NCBI RefSeq assembly: GCF_009914755.1
Contig: NC_060926.1
DNA from: the human T2T-CHM13v2.0 reference genome, Homo sapiens
Strand: one strand, 5' to 3'
DNA: 64,000 nucleotides
In this document: positions 18,825 to 35,917 of the stretch, piece by piece
Layout: every line of letters starts with the position of its first letter
Position numbering within the stretch: position 1 is the stretch's first letter
Notes under the pieces: generated by a model
The model's input: the letters and a program-made list of their open reading frames with translations, nothing else
What the model was told of the DNA's origin: nothing
Database searches by the model: none
Program-made: the position numbers and the translations under genes

Positions 18825-18832
18825 ACACACAC
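18781..18832. repeat. (CA)n microsatellite
   Basis: About 21 uninterrupted AC units plus a short extension. Confidence 0.95.
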
Positions 18833-19026
18833 TCACCACCCCATGCCAAGAAGATACACAAAAAACTCACTCACGTTTCACTTCAGTTTGCAAATTTGGA
18901 GCTGACTTAATGAAGGAAAGAAAAATTGGAGCTACAAAGTAACACAGAGCCAATGAAAAGACAAAAAACACCATTAGATTTTCTTCTTTTCTAAAGTTTT
19001 ATTTTATTTTTAAGAGTCAACGTTCG

Positions 19027-19322
19027 GATCAGGCGCAGTGGCTCACGCTTGTAATCCCAGCGCTTTGGGAGGCTGAGGTGGGAGAATCACAAGGCCAGAA
19101 GTTCAAGACCAGTCTGGGCAACATAGCAAGATCCCATCTCTTAAAAAAAAAGTACAAAAGTTAGCTGGACCTACTGGTGCAGACCTGTATTTCCAGCTAC
19201 TGGGGAGGCTGAGGTGGAAGGATGGTTTGAGTCCAGGAGGTTAAGGCTGCACTGAGCCATGATTGCATCACTGCACACTCCAGCTTAGGCAACAGAGCAA
19301 GACCCTGTCTCAAGAAAAAAAA
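19027..19322 (+). mobile_element. Alu (AluJ-like)
   Basis: Dimeric Alu with GGCAACATAGCAAGA and GAGCCATGATTGCA (J-type) and an A tail. Confidence 0.85.
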
Positions 19323-19387
19323 CTCCATAATGATTGTACACATTTATGACATATACTGTTTCCAAGCACGTGTATATCATGTAATGA

Positions 19388-19849
<462 letters not shown>

Positions 19850-20026
19850 TAAACGGTGGGTTGCCCAATTCCTGCTGCCGTGAAGTACTTCAGCTTACAG
19901 CGGAAAGCCGGGTGCAGACACCATGCTTTATTTCTATTTCCACGAACAAGAAGCGTCTCTTGCAGTCTGCAATATTTGTCGTCAAAAATTTCACTGGCTG
20001 TTGTATCAAATCAGCCACCTCTATAG

Positions 20027-20437
<411 letters not shown>

Positions 20438-20827
20438 AATGTGATGATTATCTATGGATATACCCTGATCATCAGCAGGAGGAAATGAAGAGGTATTGGT
20501 TAAAAATACAAAGTTGCAGTTACGCAGGATGAATAAGTACTAATTTGTAACAATTCAGTATGAAACAGTGTGACCATGGTTAACAAGGCTCTGCTCTATG
20601 CCTGACATCTGAGAACAGAGGAATTGAAGTCTGAACTTTGTCCAGAAGAGGATGGCTTTGCAGGCTTTGCTGAGCATGCTGAATTCACGGTTTCCGGGTC
20701 AGCCCCTGGGCTGCCCAGGGACAGGGTGGAAACCCTGCCCCAGAAAGTCCAGGAGCCAGGAACCTGCTTAGAGACACATTTCAACAAGGAAAACCACACT
20801 CAGGCCGGCCTCCTTAAAAACACATAG

Positions 20828-20992
20828 GCCCGGCGTGGTGGCTCAAGCCTGTAATTCCAGCACTTTGGGAGGCTGAGGCAGGTGGATTGCCTGAGTTCAG
20901 GAGTTCGAGGCTGCAGTGAGCTATGATTGCACTCCAGCCTGGGCAACAGAGTGAGACCCTGTCTCAAAGAAATAAACAAATAAATGAATAAG
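20828..20992 (+). mobile_element. Monomeric Alu (FRAM-like or left/right-arm recombinant)
   Basis: Left-arm start (CAGCACTTTGGGAGG) runs directly into a right-arm end (GAGGCTGCAGTGAGCTATG...GTCTCAAA). Confidence 0.75.
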
Positions 20993-21747
20993 CAAGCAAG
21001 CAATTTTTAAGTTGAACATCAGTTCTCTACTTGACTCTAGAGTTAAATAGGCATCCAGTTGCTTTTTGTGTTTATTTTTATATTCACTGCTTTTGCCTGC
21101 AACTGTGTTTCTGGTTCTAAGTAAATATAACGTATGCTACTGGTACACATACATCTTAGGCAACATATGTTTCATTCACTGGATTGTTAGCTCTGTTTTG
21201 TTTTGTCACTACTTTAGTCCCAGTACCAATAACTGTGCCAGGCACAAAGTAGGTGTTTAGCTAATATTGTTAAATGAAGAAATACAAATATTTGATTTTA
21301 TCACTTGAATCCTCATTTATTAGTACTGCACTATCTTTTCTTAGCTGTTTTTGTGAACATATGTGTGCTGCTTTTTTACCCTAACTAGATTGGAAGTACA
21401 TTGTGGGTAGAAACTTGGTTTTATTTGTTTTTCCTATATTCTCCTTTACAGCAGTTTAGACCTGATGGGAAGTAGGTATTTCCCAAACACGTGATTGAAC
21501 TGAAATACATTGGTAGATTTCATTTTATCAGGAGTCTGCCAAAAGTATAGTCATAAATAAGGAATTTGGAAGAGAATCAAAAAGCTAGTATGTACTCATC
21601 TGTCAGCTTGAAGGCCTGTATAAGACTCCATACTTCTGTGGAGTAAAAAGGGTAGGGTTCTGGGGCTGGACGCGGTAGCTCACACCTGTAATCCCAACAC
21701 TTTGGGGAAAAAAAGAGGGTTCTGGGACTATTCTTTGCTGCTTCTTC

Positions 21748-22074
<327 letters not shown>

Positions 22075-22159
22075 CTATTTCCTGCTTTTTGTTTTGTTTT
22101 GTTTTGCTTTGCTTTGTTTTTTGTTTTTGGCCTTCTAACTGTGTTACAAATGGTTTAAG

Positions 22160-22330
22160 TCAGTGGTTCTCCAAGGGTGGTCCCAGATCAGCAGCATTAT
22201 CACCTGGGTACTTACTAGAAATGCAAATTCTTGGGCCCCACTCCAGACCTACTGAATGAGCAACTCTGAGGGTAGAACCTAAAAAATTGTGTTTTAACAA
22301 GTCATCTGGGTGACTCTGATGGTAAAGTTT
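22160..22330. mobile_element. MER5A-like DNA transposon relic
   Basis: CAGTGGTTCTC...AGAAATGCAAATTCTTGGGCCCCACTCCAGACCTACTGAAT signature. Confidence 0.75.
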
Positions 22331-22351
22331 GATGTCACCAAATGATAATGA

Positions 22352-22652
<301 letters not shown>

Positions 22653-23118
22653 GATAAAGACACTGTCTTTAAGAGAGAGGGCTAGAGGCAGTGATTATGT
22701 GCCAGAGAAAACTAGCAGCCTAGATTTAAGAGGATAATATAATCCAAAGCTTTTCAGAGGGAATAGATACAGTTTATAGAAGGCATTAAGACATAAAGCA
22801 GATTATTGAAACTTCACTGTACACTGTAACCGTATAATTGACTTTTACTTATATATTTCCTCTTTTACTTTGAAGTTTGTGTTCAAATCAAAAGATGAGA
22901 ACCTTAAATTAATCAAGTTTTATAATATTTTATTTTAGATTTTTGTAAAAGTGAATGCTTTTTATATTCCATAGCAAGTAACTGAAAAGCTACTGAAAAG
23001 TGTCCAACCCAAGAATTTTGTGTATTTTTCATTTTGAATATACTTCTCAGTGATTTCAATTTTGAATCCTAGCCCTTTTAAATTTCAGAATACACAGTAG
23101 TTTAAAATGGCTTCAATA

Positions 23119-23413
23119 AGGCTGGGCGCGGTGGCTCGCACCTCTAATCCCAGGGCTCAGGGAGACCGAGGTGGGTGGATCACGAGGTCAGGAGTTTGAG
23201 AACAGCCTGACCAAGTGGTAAAACCCCGTCTCTACTAAAAATACAAAAATTAGCTGGGCATAGTGGTGCGCACCTGTAATCCCAGCTACTCAGGAGGCTG
23301 AGGTAGGAGAATTACTTTGACCCCGGGAGGCTGAAGTTGCAGTGAGCCGAAATCGCACCACTGTACTACAGCCTGGGCCACAGAGTGAGACTCCGTCTCA
23401 AAAGAAAAAAAAA
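23119..23413 (+). mobile_element. Alu (AluS)
   Basis: GGCTGGGCGCGGTGG start, A tail, GCTT(C/T)AATAA TSD. Confidence 0.9.
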
Positions 23414-23580
23414 AGGGTGGGGGGGCTTTAATAAATTAAGTGGTACATTTTAAATATTTTAATTGTTTATTAGATATTACGTATGCAGATAAACCTGTTT
23501 AAATATAGAAGATTTATATTCCTATTTACATATATCCTTTTGACAAATTAGAATTGAAAATAATATAAAAATAAATTTTC

Positions 23581-23890
23581 AGCTGGGCACGGTGGCTCAC
23601 ACCTGTTCCCAGCATTTTGGGAGGCCGGGGCAGGCGGATCACGAGGTCAGGAGATTGAGACCACGGTAAAACCCCGTCTCTACTAAAAATACAAAAAATT
23701 AGCTGGGTGCAGTGGCGGGCGCCTGTAGTCCCAGCTACTCAGGAGGCTGAGGCAAGAGAATGGCGTGAACCCGGGAAGCGGAGCTTGCAGTGAGCTGAGA
23801 TGGTACCACTGCACTCCAGCCTGGGCAACAGAGTGAGACTCCATCTCAAAAAAAATAAATATATAAAATAAAAAATTAAATAAAAAAATA
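23581..23890 (+). mobile_element. AluY-type element with a 12-bp left-arm deletion
   Basis: GAATGGCGTGAACCC and GGAGCTTGCAG (Y-type); GAGACCACGGTAAAACCCC lacks ~12 nt of consensus. Confidence 0.85.
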
Positions 23891-24167
23891 AATTTTCTTT
23901 CTGTCATGCAGACTTAAATAGTAAAATATCTTCCTTCTATTATTTTTATCTTTTTTGTTTATGATGGTTAGGAAGTGAATATCTAATTTTCTATACTGTG
24001 AAAAATACACATAAAGTATCATGGAAGTTCAACATTCATTTTCCTTGAAAATAATTCCAAAGTTTTCTTCTCCAGAAATATATCCTGTTATCATTAAGTT
24101 TAGTTGTACTGATAAATGGCAGTTGATGATTTGTAAGTTTTTAAACATATTTATTCATAACACTTAT

Positions 24168-24750
<583 letters not shown>

Positions 24751-25435
24751 ATTTTCCTCTTTTTCTTTTTACTTTTTCCCTTCCCTTTATTTCTTCCTTT
24801 CACTGTTTTCATCTTTTATGTCTCTCACCCTCGCCCTTCCTCAGTTCAATTCAAAGAGCAATATACTGCCATATCTGGAGAATTTTTAGCTGGAATTTAA
24901 TCTTTATTTTAAAAGAGTAAGAATTTATACCAATTATTATGTTTTCGACTGAGGTCGTTTTACAGAAGGAATTCTTTTTTTTATGTAGGAATGTGTTTTA
25001 AGACTTTTTGTTTCTAATGTCTTAGTTTTCTAGAGAAAAAAAGGTAAAAGATTGACATTATTCTCATAGTCTTTTACTCTTTTCTCAAAGGTCTTAGTTC
25101 AGGTCCTAATTTTCTTTCAATTATACTCATTTATTTAACCAGTCTCCTTTAGGTGGTCATTTGGGTTGTATACATATTCTTGTCTGTGTTTTATCAGTAA
25201 TGTATTATATAATTTCATGTATGTACAAATATATATTTGAAGGATAACATTCTAAAATTGCTGAGTTAAAGGGTATATGCATTTATAAACTTGACAGATA
25301 TTACCAGTTGTCCTCTATAAAGTGAAACTGGTTTATATCACCACAGCTAACATATAAATGTCTGTTTTCTACCATATTATTAAGTTACTGAACTTTATCC
25401 ATCTGATGGAAAAGGAGAAATCTGATTGTACTTTA

Positions 25436-25910
25436 TTTTTTATATTTTTAATATTTTTATGAGCCGTCTTGGCATGTTGGCCAGGATGGTCTCAAACTCC
25501 AGCCTCAAGCAATCCTCTCACCTCAGTCTCCCAAAGTTCTGGGACTACAGGCATTAGCTACCATGCCTGGCCCTGATTACCACCCCACCACCCACCCCCC
25601 ATCCCCTTTTTTTTTTTTTTTTTTTTTGAGACAAGGTCTCACTCTGTCACCCATGTTAGAGTGTGGTGGTGTGATCACTGCTCACTGCAGCCTTGGCCTC
25701 CTGGGCTGAGGTGATTCTCCTGTCTCAGCCTCCCAAGTAGCTGGGACCACAGACACATGCCACCATGCCTGGCTGATTTTTTAAATTATTTGTAGGGAAG
25801 TGGTCTCGCTATGTTGCCCAGGCTAGGCTCAAACTCCTGAGCTCAAGTTATCCTCCCACCTCGGCCTCCCAAAGTGCTGTAATTACAGGACTGAGCCACT
25901 GTGCCCAGCC
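25436..25910 (-). mobile_element. FLAM-like monomer (~25436-25572) plus AluJ (~25606-25910)
   Basis: Antisense left-arm monomer, then poly-T and a diverged dimer with GCTATGTTGCCCAGG. Confidence 0.8.
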
Positions 25911-27281
25911 TCTGATTATACTTTTAATTGTAACTTCTCTTATGCTTGAAGTTGAACATATACAGTAAAGACGTTATGGTATTGTAGGCTGAAGTTTCAG
26001 AATCATCCAGGACCAATGATGTTAGCAGAAATGCAAAACTAGCCAAGGAGTATCGAGAGGACAAAATTGATAATTGATATTGTTATTACCTTCAAAGTTT
26101 GATTGCATTGATTAGCTTATTATTTTTATTAAAATCATTTTAAAGAGCATATAAAGTTCTATGCCAAAGCATGTTTGGCCTGACAAGTTGGGCTGTCACT
26201 TCCTTTTGACAAGACTTTCATTTTTATCAGCTTTAAATGCATGTGTCATTACTATTCTGGTTAGGTAACATAATTATCCCACTGCAGAATATATAATTTC
26301 AAAAGAGTCTTGTGGATATTTGATGCCTTTTCCTCTGAAAACAATTGAATTGTTTTCAGACCACTTTTATTTCAGTAAGATAAACGTAATCCTTCCTTTA
26401 ATTGTAATGTAAAATTTAAGAGCATATTGAAATGAAAAGAAAAGCTCAACACTACCTATATTTTGAAAGTTATAAGAGACTAGATAAGTTGGATTTTATG
26501 TTTCTTGTGGTACAGAATAGAAACAAAGGTCATTCAAACTAAGTTTGAATGAGAATTAAGTTTAATGGCTCACTTGCTAAACCTGAGTTGCACAATCCTC
26601 ACAATTCCTTAGGGATGTGGCAAGGTCATCCTTAAATGTAAAGTTCTTGCTCACTTAATGGAAAGCACTGTAGATACATAAATAACATTGTTACCTGTCT
26701 TAGTGGGTCAGTATAAAAGACGGGGGTGGTGGTATATGTGAGAATAGTGAAATTTATAGCTAGTTTTGAGGCCCTTGTGACTTTTAAGAGGTATTATGAG
26801 TCACCTTAACAAGTTAGTGTTTGTGACATAGTTTCAATTTCTTATGTGAAAGATAGTATTTCAGTTGTAAATGTTCTCTTAATATTCTGGAGAGCTACTC
26901 TTTCCTAGCCCCTCTGTTTTACTGACTTTAAAAGTTGTTTACAGTTTGTTTCATGTTCAAATGTAGGGTTTTAGTAATTCCTTGGGGTGGGGGGCAGGAA
27001 TGGGCAGAAGGCCATTGTCTCTAATTTTCCTTTTCCCAACTTTCACTTTCTTTTTTCTATGGATTACATGTCAAGGTGGGTGAGAAAAATGGTGGGGATT
27101 GAGAAAAGGGAGCAACTTATTTTTTGTAGGGGAGGTCCAAAATAAAGTCACTTAAGGAATCTGACATAAAATTTAAATATATGATGAAGCTTGTGCAAGG
27201 GGATTATAAGAACTGATTTTACTTTAACCCTTCCTGCTTTATAAAAAGATCTTGTTGATGGCAAAAAGACAAACGCTTTAG

Positions 27282-27620
<339 letters not shown>

Positions 27621-27904
27621 TAGTTGTTTTATATTGTAGACTCTTAAATGATGTGGACTATGTGTTGTAAAATCCCTACCCTGAAGTACAATGCATTTAG
27701 ATGTCCCCCCGCCCTTTTTAACTTAAATCCTTTTTCCCCCTTGCAGTCAGTGCATTTTTATATTTCTACATGCTTTGTGAGAAATGTGTAAAGGAAATAT
27801 TTTTGCATCTAATTGTTCTAACTTCCAAAGGTTCTTTACTGAGTTAAAAAAAACTGGTTTTTTTTTGGTCTAAACTGAATTTTGTCTGTCTTTCCCCTAC
27901 TCAG

Positions 27905-28008
27905 GCCCAGATTACCTTCCTACAGGGAGAAAGGAAGGGCCAAGAAAATTTGAAGAAGGATCTTGTGAGGAGGATCAAAATGTTGGAGTATGCTCTTGAA
28001 CAGGAAAG
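27905..28008 (+). pseudogene. STRN: Isolated duplicated striatin exon (N-terminal coiled-coil exon, exon 2 of STRN)
   Basis: 104-nt exon bounded by TTTCCCCTACTCAG| and AG|GTAATT translates to AQITFLQGERKGQENLKKDLVRRIKMLEYALEQER. As I recall it, STRN reads AQIAFLQGERKGQENLKKDLVRRIKMLEYALKQER (two substitutions), while STRN3 has ARIA and STRN4 has AQVA/LKTD. No other STRN exon seen. Confidence 0.88.
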
Positions 28009-28036
28009 GTAATTCAGTAAAATGAAAAGTGGTGTT

Positions 28037-28333
28037 CTTTTTTGTTTGTTTTGAGATGGAGTTTCATTCTCGTTGCCCAGGCTGGGGTGCAATGGTGCGA
28101 TCTTGGCTCACCTCAACCTCCACCACCTGGTTCAAGCAATTCTCCCGCCTCAGCCTCCCCAGTAGCTGGGATTATAGGCATGCACCACCACACCCAACTA
28201 ATTTTGTATTTTTAGTAGAGACGGGCTTTCTCCATGTTGGTCAGGCTGGTCTCGAACTCCTGACCTCAGGTGATCTGCCCACCTCGGCCTCCCAAAGTGC
28301 TGGGATTACAGGTGTGAGCCACTGGGCCTGGCC
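28037..28333 (-). mobile_element. Alu (AluSp-like)
   Basis: TTTCTCCATGTTGGTCAGG and GCAATGGTG diagnostics. Confidence 0.88.
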
Positions 28334-28737
28334 AAAATGGTGGTCTCTTAAATGCTGGAACAATTTTTTCATCATTCCTAAAATAAATTGAAATGTTAAT
28401 ACTGCTTGAGTTCAGGTGTGTCTGTAGTAAACATTTGTATGAATGGTTGTAATATGTTAATTTTATTATGAATAGTTTAATAATGATCAAAAAACTGATT
28501 TATATGATTTCTTAAAAATTAGCAACATTTTTTTCCTACTCTGCCTGTTTTGAAGAAGCAGATGTGCTCCCTGAGCTGTTAATACCCACTCATTTTAAAG
28601 TTGAAATAGTTTTTAATTTTTAAAGGAGGTTTCTATAATGTTTACTCCTTTTCCTGTCATTTAATATTATTCAATTTGATGTATTTTCTTTAGAAAAAAA
28701 ATTGTTCTAGCAGACTATGTTAAGATTCTATATAGAC

Positions 28738-29028
<291 letters not shown>

Positions 29029-29600
29029 TATAGACTTTTTTTGTGTATTTTGTTTCTTTGCTGTCTGCCGTTACAATCTGTCCAGAAGCTTGTCTTACCT
29101 TTCTATTTTGCTAGTGTCTAAGATACTCCAGTAACTAAATTTGGGTCACAAGTAAAGGAAAATAGGTCATGAGTGAGATTTTTAGATGTTATATGAGTTA
29201 TTTATTTGCTTTAATGAATGGGCCTTGGATTTTTTTGTCGACAATCTGAGTTCATTTGTTTAAGATAACTGAGTACTTATAGGTGATATTGGAATTATCT
29301 ATTTTGCTACTTTCTTGCTTTGTTTTTAATGATGCTTGTTTTGTTTTTCTCTTTTTGAAGTTGGTGAATGGGATATTTGCAATAAAATGGCATTTAGATG
29401 CAATTAGATAAATAGATAATATTTATGAGTAATGAGAAACAGATAAAATTTTATTAGAACTTATGTTCATCAACATGTAGAATGGTGTAAGAGATTGAAA
29501 ATAGGTTGACCTCTTAGTGAAAAATACGTGTTTCTTTTCATACTTTGGGAAAGTTGATGAAAAGCTGTATCAGGGACATGGAAAGAAAAAAACATTTTTA

Positions 29601-29910
29601 GGCTGGGCGTTGTGGCTCACGCCTGTAAACCCAGCACTTTGGGAGGCTGAGGCGGGCAGATCACAAGGTCAGATCAAGACCATACTGGCTAACATGGTGA
29701 AACCCCGTCTCTACTAAAAATATAAAAAAATTAGCCAGGCATGGTGGCGGGCACCTGTAGTCCCAGCTACTTGGGAGGCTAAGCAGGAGAATGGTGTGAA
29801 CCCAGGAGGCGGAGCTTGCAGTGAGCCGAGATTGCACCACTGCACTCCAGCCTGGGCGACAGAGCAAGACTCCATCTCAAAAAAAAAATAAAAATAAAAA
29901 AAATAAAAAA
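29601..29910 (+). mobile_element. AluY-like with TSD
   Basis: GGAGCTTGCAG and GAATGGTGTGAACCC; AAAAAACATTTTTA flanks both sides. Confidence 0.9.
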
Positions 29911-29942
29911 CATTTTTAAAAATACATAATTTGGGAGTAGTG

Positions 29943-30617
<675 letters not shown>

Positions 30618-30893
30618 TAAGAGGAGGTGAGGCTTGAATAGCATCAAATAAGAAGGTGCTTGTCAGACAGACAAGGTGCAGGAAGTAGAGAGAACATGTT
30701 TGACATGGAACAAAGCAGTTTGGTGTGTTCAGAAATTTGTAATCTTTGTGTGTGGAGAGTAGGATGTTGGTTGTGGTCCTCCTCTCAGTTGATGACCGAT
30801 AATGGTAGAGGGGGCAAGAGTCAGATCACAGAGAGCCTAACCAAGGAGTTCAAACTTTTATCTTACATGTAACAGGGAATGTGGGAGGTTTAA

Positions 30894-32636
<1,743 letters not shown>

Positions 32637-32671
32637 AGAGTTGCTTATTTTTTAAAGAAATTTGACTCTGA

Positions 32672-33074
<403 letters not shown>

Positions 33075-34009
33075 GGTTTTGTATCTTTTGAAGTATATGG
33101 AATGATTTGGGATTATTCTTGATGTTATGGCACTATTTGTATAATCTAAGAAATTTTTAAAAAGCATTTATTTGTGGCTTGAATTTTAAATTGAATTTTT
33201 AAAAAATTTATTGAGGAAAGTTTGAAATATACTCATAGAGAAACTAATGTCTTTGATATATAGCCCCAAGTTTTAACAGTTAATGTTTTTGTCAGTCTTT
33301 TTCACCTTGATCTATTTTAATGCAATTCCAGATACCTCGTCATTTCACCTGTAAGTGCCTAAGTAAAGATCATGATTTTACATGATTTTCTTCGCATGAT
33401 TTTTGCAGATTTTCTAAGTAGTCCCACTTTAGGATCCAAAAGTAAAACCGAATTATTAATGTTACAGAAGAATTACCTACCTAGCAGTGGATTTATCAAA
33501 GCATTCCTGTCTGGGAAGACCTGGGCTTCCCAGACAGGCCTGAGGATCATCACATGGTGTTCAGCACATACCACCAGGGGCAGGTGCACCCTGGCTTCTG
33601 AAGTAGCACCTGAGAATCCCCTGTGTCTAGTACCTGCTTCATGAATAACATTCCATAGGCTTCGGAAAGACTGTGGTTTAGGCTCTAATTTATTCAACTT
33701 GAATAATTTCTCCTTGAAATACTGAGAATAGCTTCTCTTTTGCTGTACAAATTCCAATTATCCCATAACACAGACTCCTCAGTTGGACTTATCTCTCTTC
33801 TTTATTCAGTCAGGACAGGCATTGTCACATCTTTTCTGCTGGGGATGAGGGTGAAAGAGGCTTAGGGTTCAGAGGAACCTCCCTGGCCTCCTCTAGGAAA
33901 ATCTCCCAATGACTTTCCAAACCTGACTGAGTTTGAGAACTTCCCTCAGCAGATAGAGGCACCAGAAGGAGCATTGGGGCAGCCCAGCCTCACACATCTG
34001 CTTCCTTGG

Positions 34010-34037
34010 GGATTATGTTATGACTTGTAACGCTGTG
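34010..34037 (-). other. 12-RSS of the V-kappa segment (degenerate)
   Basis: Minus strand CACAGCG + 12-nt spacer TTACAAGTCATA + ACATAATCC versus consensus CACAGTG / ACAAAAACC. Confidence 0.9.
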
Positions 34038-34514
34038 GGAGGGGTACTGTCACTCTGTTGACAGTAATAAGTTGCAAAATCTTCAGGCTGCAGGCTGCGG
34101 ATGGTGAGAGTGTAATCTGCCCCAGATCCACTGTCACTGAACCGAGAGGGAATCCCACTTTGCAGACTGGATGCAGCATAGATCAGGAGCTTAGGAGTTT
34201 TCCCTGGTTTCTGCTGATACCAATTTAAATTATTGCTAATGCCCTGACTCGCCCGGCAAGTGATGGTGACTCTGTCTCCTACAGATGCAGACAGGGAGGA
34301 TGGAGACTGGGTCATCTGGATGTCACATCTGGCACCTGAAGTTGGAAGCATAAAAACAAATATTGTTGCAATTAATCATGTTATCAGAGGACTTCCCTGA
34401 AGTTCCAGACAGTACTGAGCACACTGACCGAGTATAATCCTAGTGTTCTCCTTCCTTACCTGGCAGCCAGAGCACCAGGAGCCCCAGGAGCTGAGTGGGG
34501 GCCCTCATGTCTAT
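34038..34514 (-). pseudogene. IGKV1OR: Immunoglobulin kappa variable subgroup 1 orphon (leader exon 34460-34514, intron 34336-34459, V exon 34038-34335)
   Basis: V exon reads [46 protein letters not shown]...[15 protein letters not shown]. Leader is (ATA)DMRAPTQLLGLLVLWLP with the first ATG changed to ATA; GT/AG intact. Flanked by satellites and non-IGK DNA. Symbol is family-level only; the exact member cannot be determined. Confidence 0.93.
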
Positions 34515-34557
34515 GCTGTGTCCTGACTGGGGCTGATTCCTGCTCCGGGTGTGACCA

Positions 34558-34642
34558 GCCTATAAAAAGTCTTCAGGGCAGGGGGCTGTGCTCTAGGAAC
34601 AGGCAAATCAGCAGGGGATGGGGCAGGCTGAGCACAGCTGCA
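34558..34642 (-). promoter_or_regulatory. V-kappa promoter with mutated octamer
   Basis: Minus strand TGCAGCTGTGCTCAG pentadecamer (34628-34642), TGATTTGCCT instead of decamer TNATTTGCAT (34601-34610), and TTTTTATA TATA-like box (34561-34568). Confidence 0.8.
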
Positions 34643-35479
34643 GGGCTGGCTCATCTCAGTAACTCAGCACAGGGGCGCAGTATCCCCAGAGTCCCAGGTC
34701 AAACCAGGGCAGCACAGATTTACCTTGAAAGAATGCATTTCTCATTGGTGGCCATATGGTTACAGAACATATTTTTGGAGTGAATTTTCAAAATTTTAAA
34801 TCAACCTAAGACTAGATTAAATAATATATTTATACTTGTATTAGGAGTGTATAGGAAAGCATCATTTTTGGCAGAAAATTTACAATAAAGTTGTAGAATG
34901 TGGGGCTGTCAGAAATTTCAGTTAGTCTCAAAGGAATTTGATGAGTGTAAAAGTATTTAGTGCTATAATAACAATGTCAGTGTGAAATTGCTTCTTGTTT
35001 GAAATGAATATAAAAAGAATTTATCAGAAGCATCTTTAATAAATTCAATAGAATTTACTAACAAACTTAAGACATTGTCCCTAGGAATAAAAGGAAAAAC
35101 AATTCTCTGAAGATGCACCAAGATGATAACTGTGTCACACATAGATCTGCCATTATCCAGAGCTATGGGTCTCTTTAAGACCCAGGGGCTAAATGGGCTG
35201 CACCTTATTCTTGGCGTGATGATCCCCATATTCTATCCCCTTTCCTGCCTTTGGTATAATTTCTTATGGTTCTCCAGCATGGAGAGCTGACTAGTAACAC
35301 CAGGTCTCATTATTTCAACTAAAATCTCTGTTTCACTCGCTGACTATAGGAGCCTGGATTAAAATCAACTTGAAGCCCTGTATCAATCTAGGCTCAAATA
35401 GTCAATTGTTTCAAAGTAGGATGACAAAGGCCACATCCCCTGAGTAATGCTCTGAGCTGCGCTCCCCACCAGCCTGTTC

Positions 35480-35917
35480 CTGGGGTCTCAGGAGCATCTG
35501 CCCTAGAGTCTGGCTTTCTGGAGAGCAGGTGAGGGGGAAAAGCCAGGTCAGTGAGCCTCTCTCCTTAGTGAGGGCAGCTGCTGCACAAGGCATGTTCTTG
35601 CCATGCACCAGGGCATCATCCTGACCCAGATGCCAGCCACCCTGTCTCACATGCATTTAGAGAGAATCTCCATCTTCTGCCAAGACACTGCCCATGTAGA
35701 TGAAAAAGTGTTTTGCATCCAAACATATCTTAAGCACTGATTTGCACCTCAATACTTCACACAGATGCCTTTGCCCAGGGCATGTTGGCCTGGCTCAACA
35801 GCAGGGGAAGTGGAGCCAATTACATCAGTGTCAGTGGACTGAGAAATACTCCAGGGAGTAGTTCTCATGCAGGACTACCCATGGCCAGACCAAGGTAGTG
35901 CAGCCTATGCACAAACC
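35480..35917 (+). pseudogene. Highly decayed immunoglobulin V-kappa relic (leader 35480-35528, V ~35605-35890, RSS remnant ~35891-35917)
   Basis: 49-nt leader (L)GSQEHLP*SLAFWRA G|GTGAGG. From 35612: GIILTQMPATLSHMHLERISIFC with Cys at position 23 and TGC at the Trp35 position. After a frameshift, GMLAWLNSRGSGANYISVSGL (FR3-like). Ends in CAAGGTA-spacer-GCACAAACC. Confidence 0.72.

Noticed and set aside
34013-34351. 112-aa ORF as a functional kappa chain gene
   Set aside because: The ORF start lies in the intron and its end runs through the RSS; unrearranged V with no J or C and a mutated promoter.
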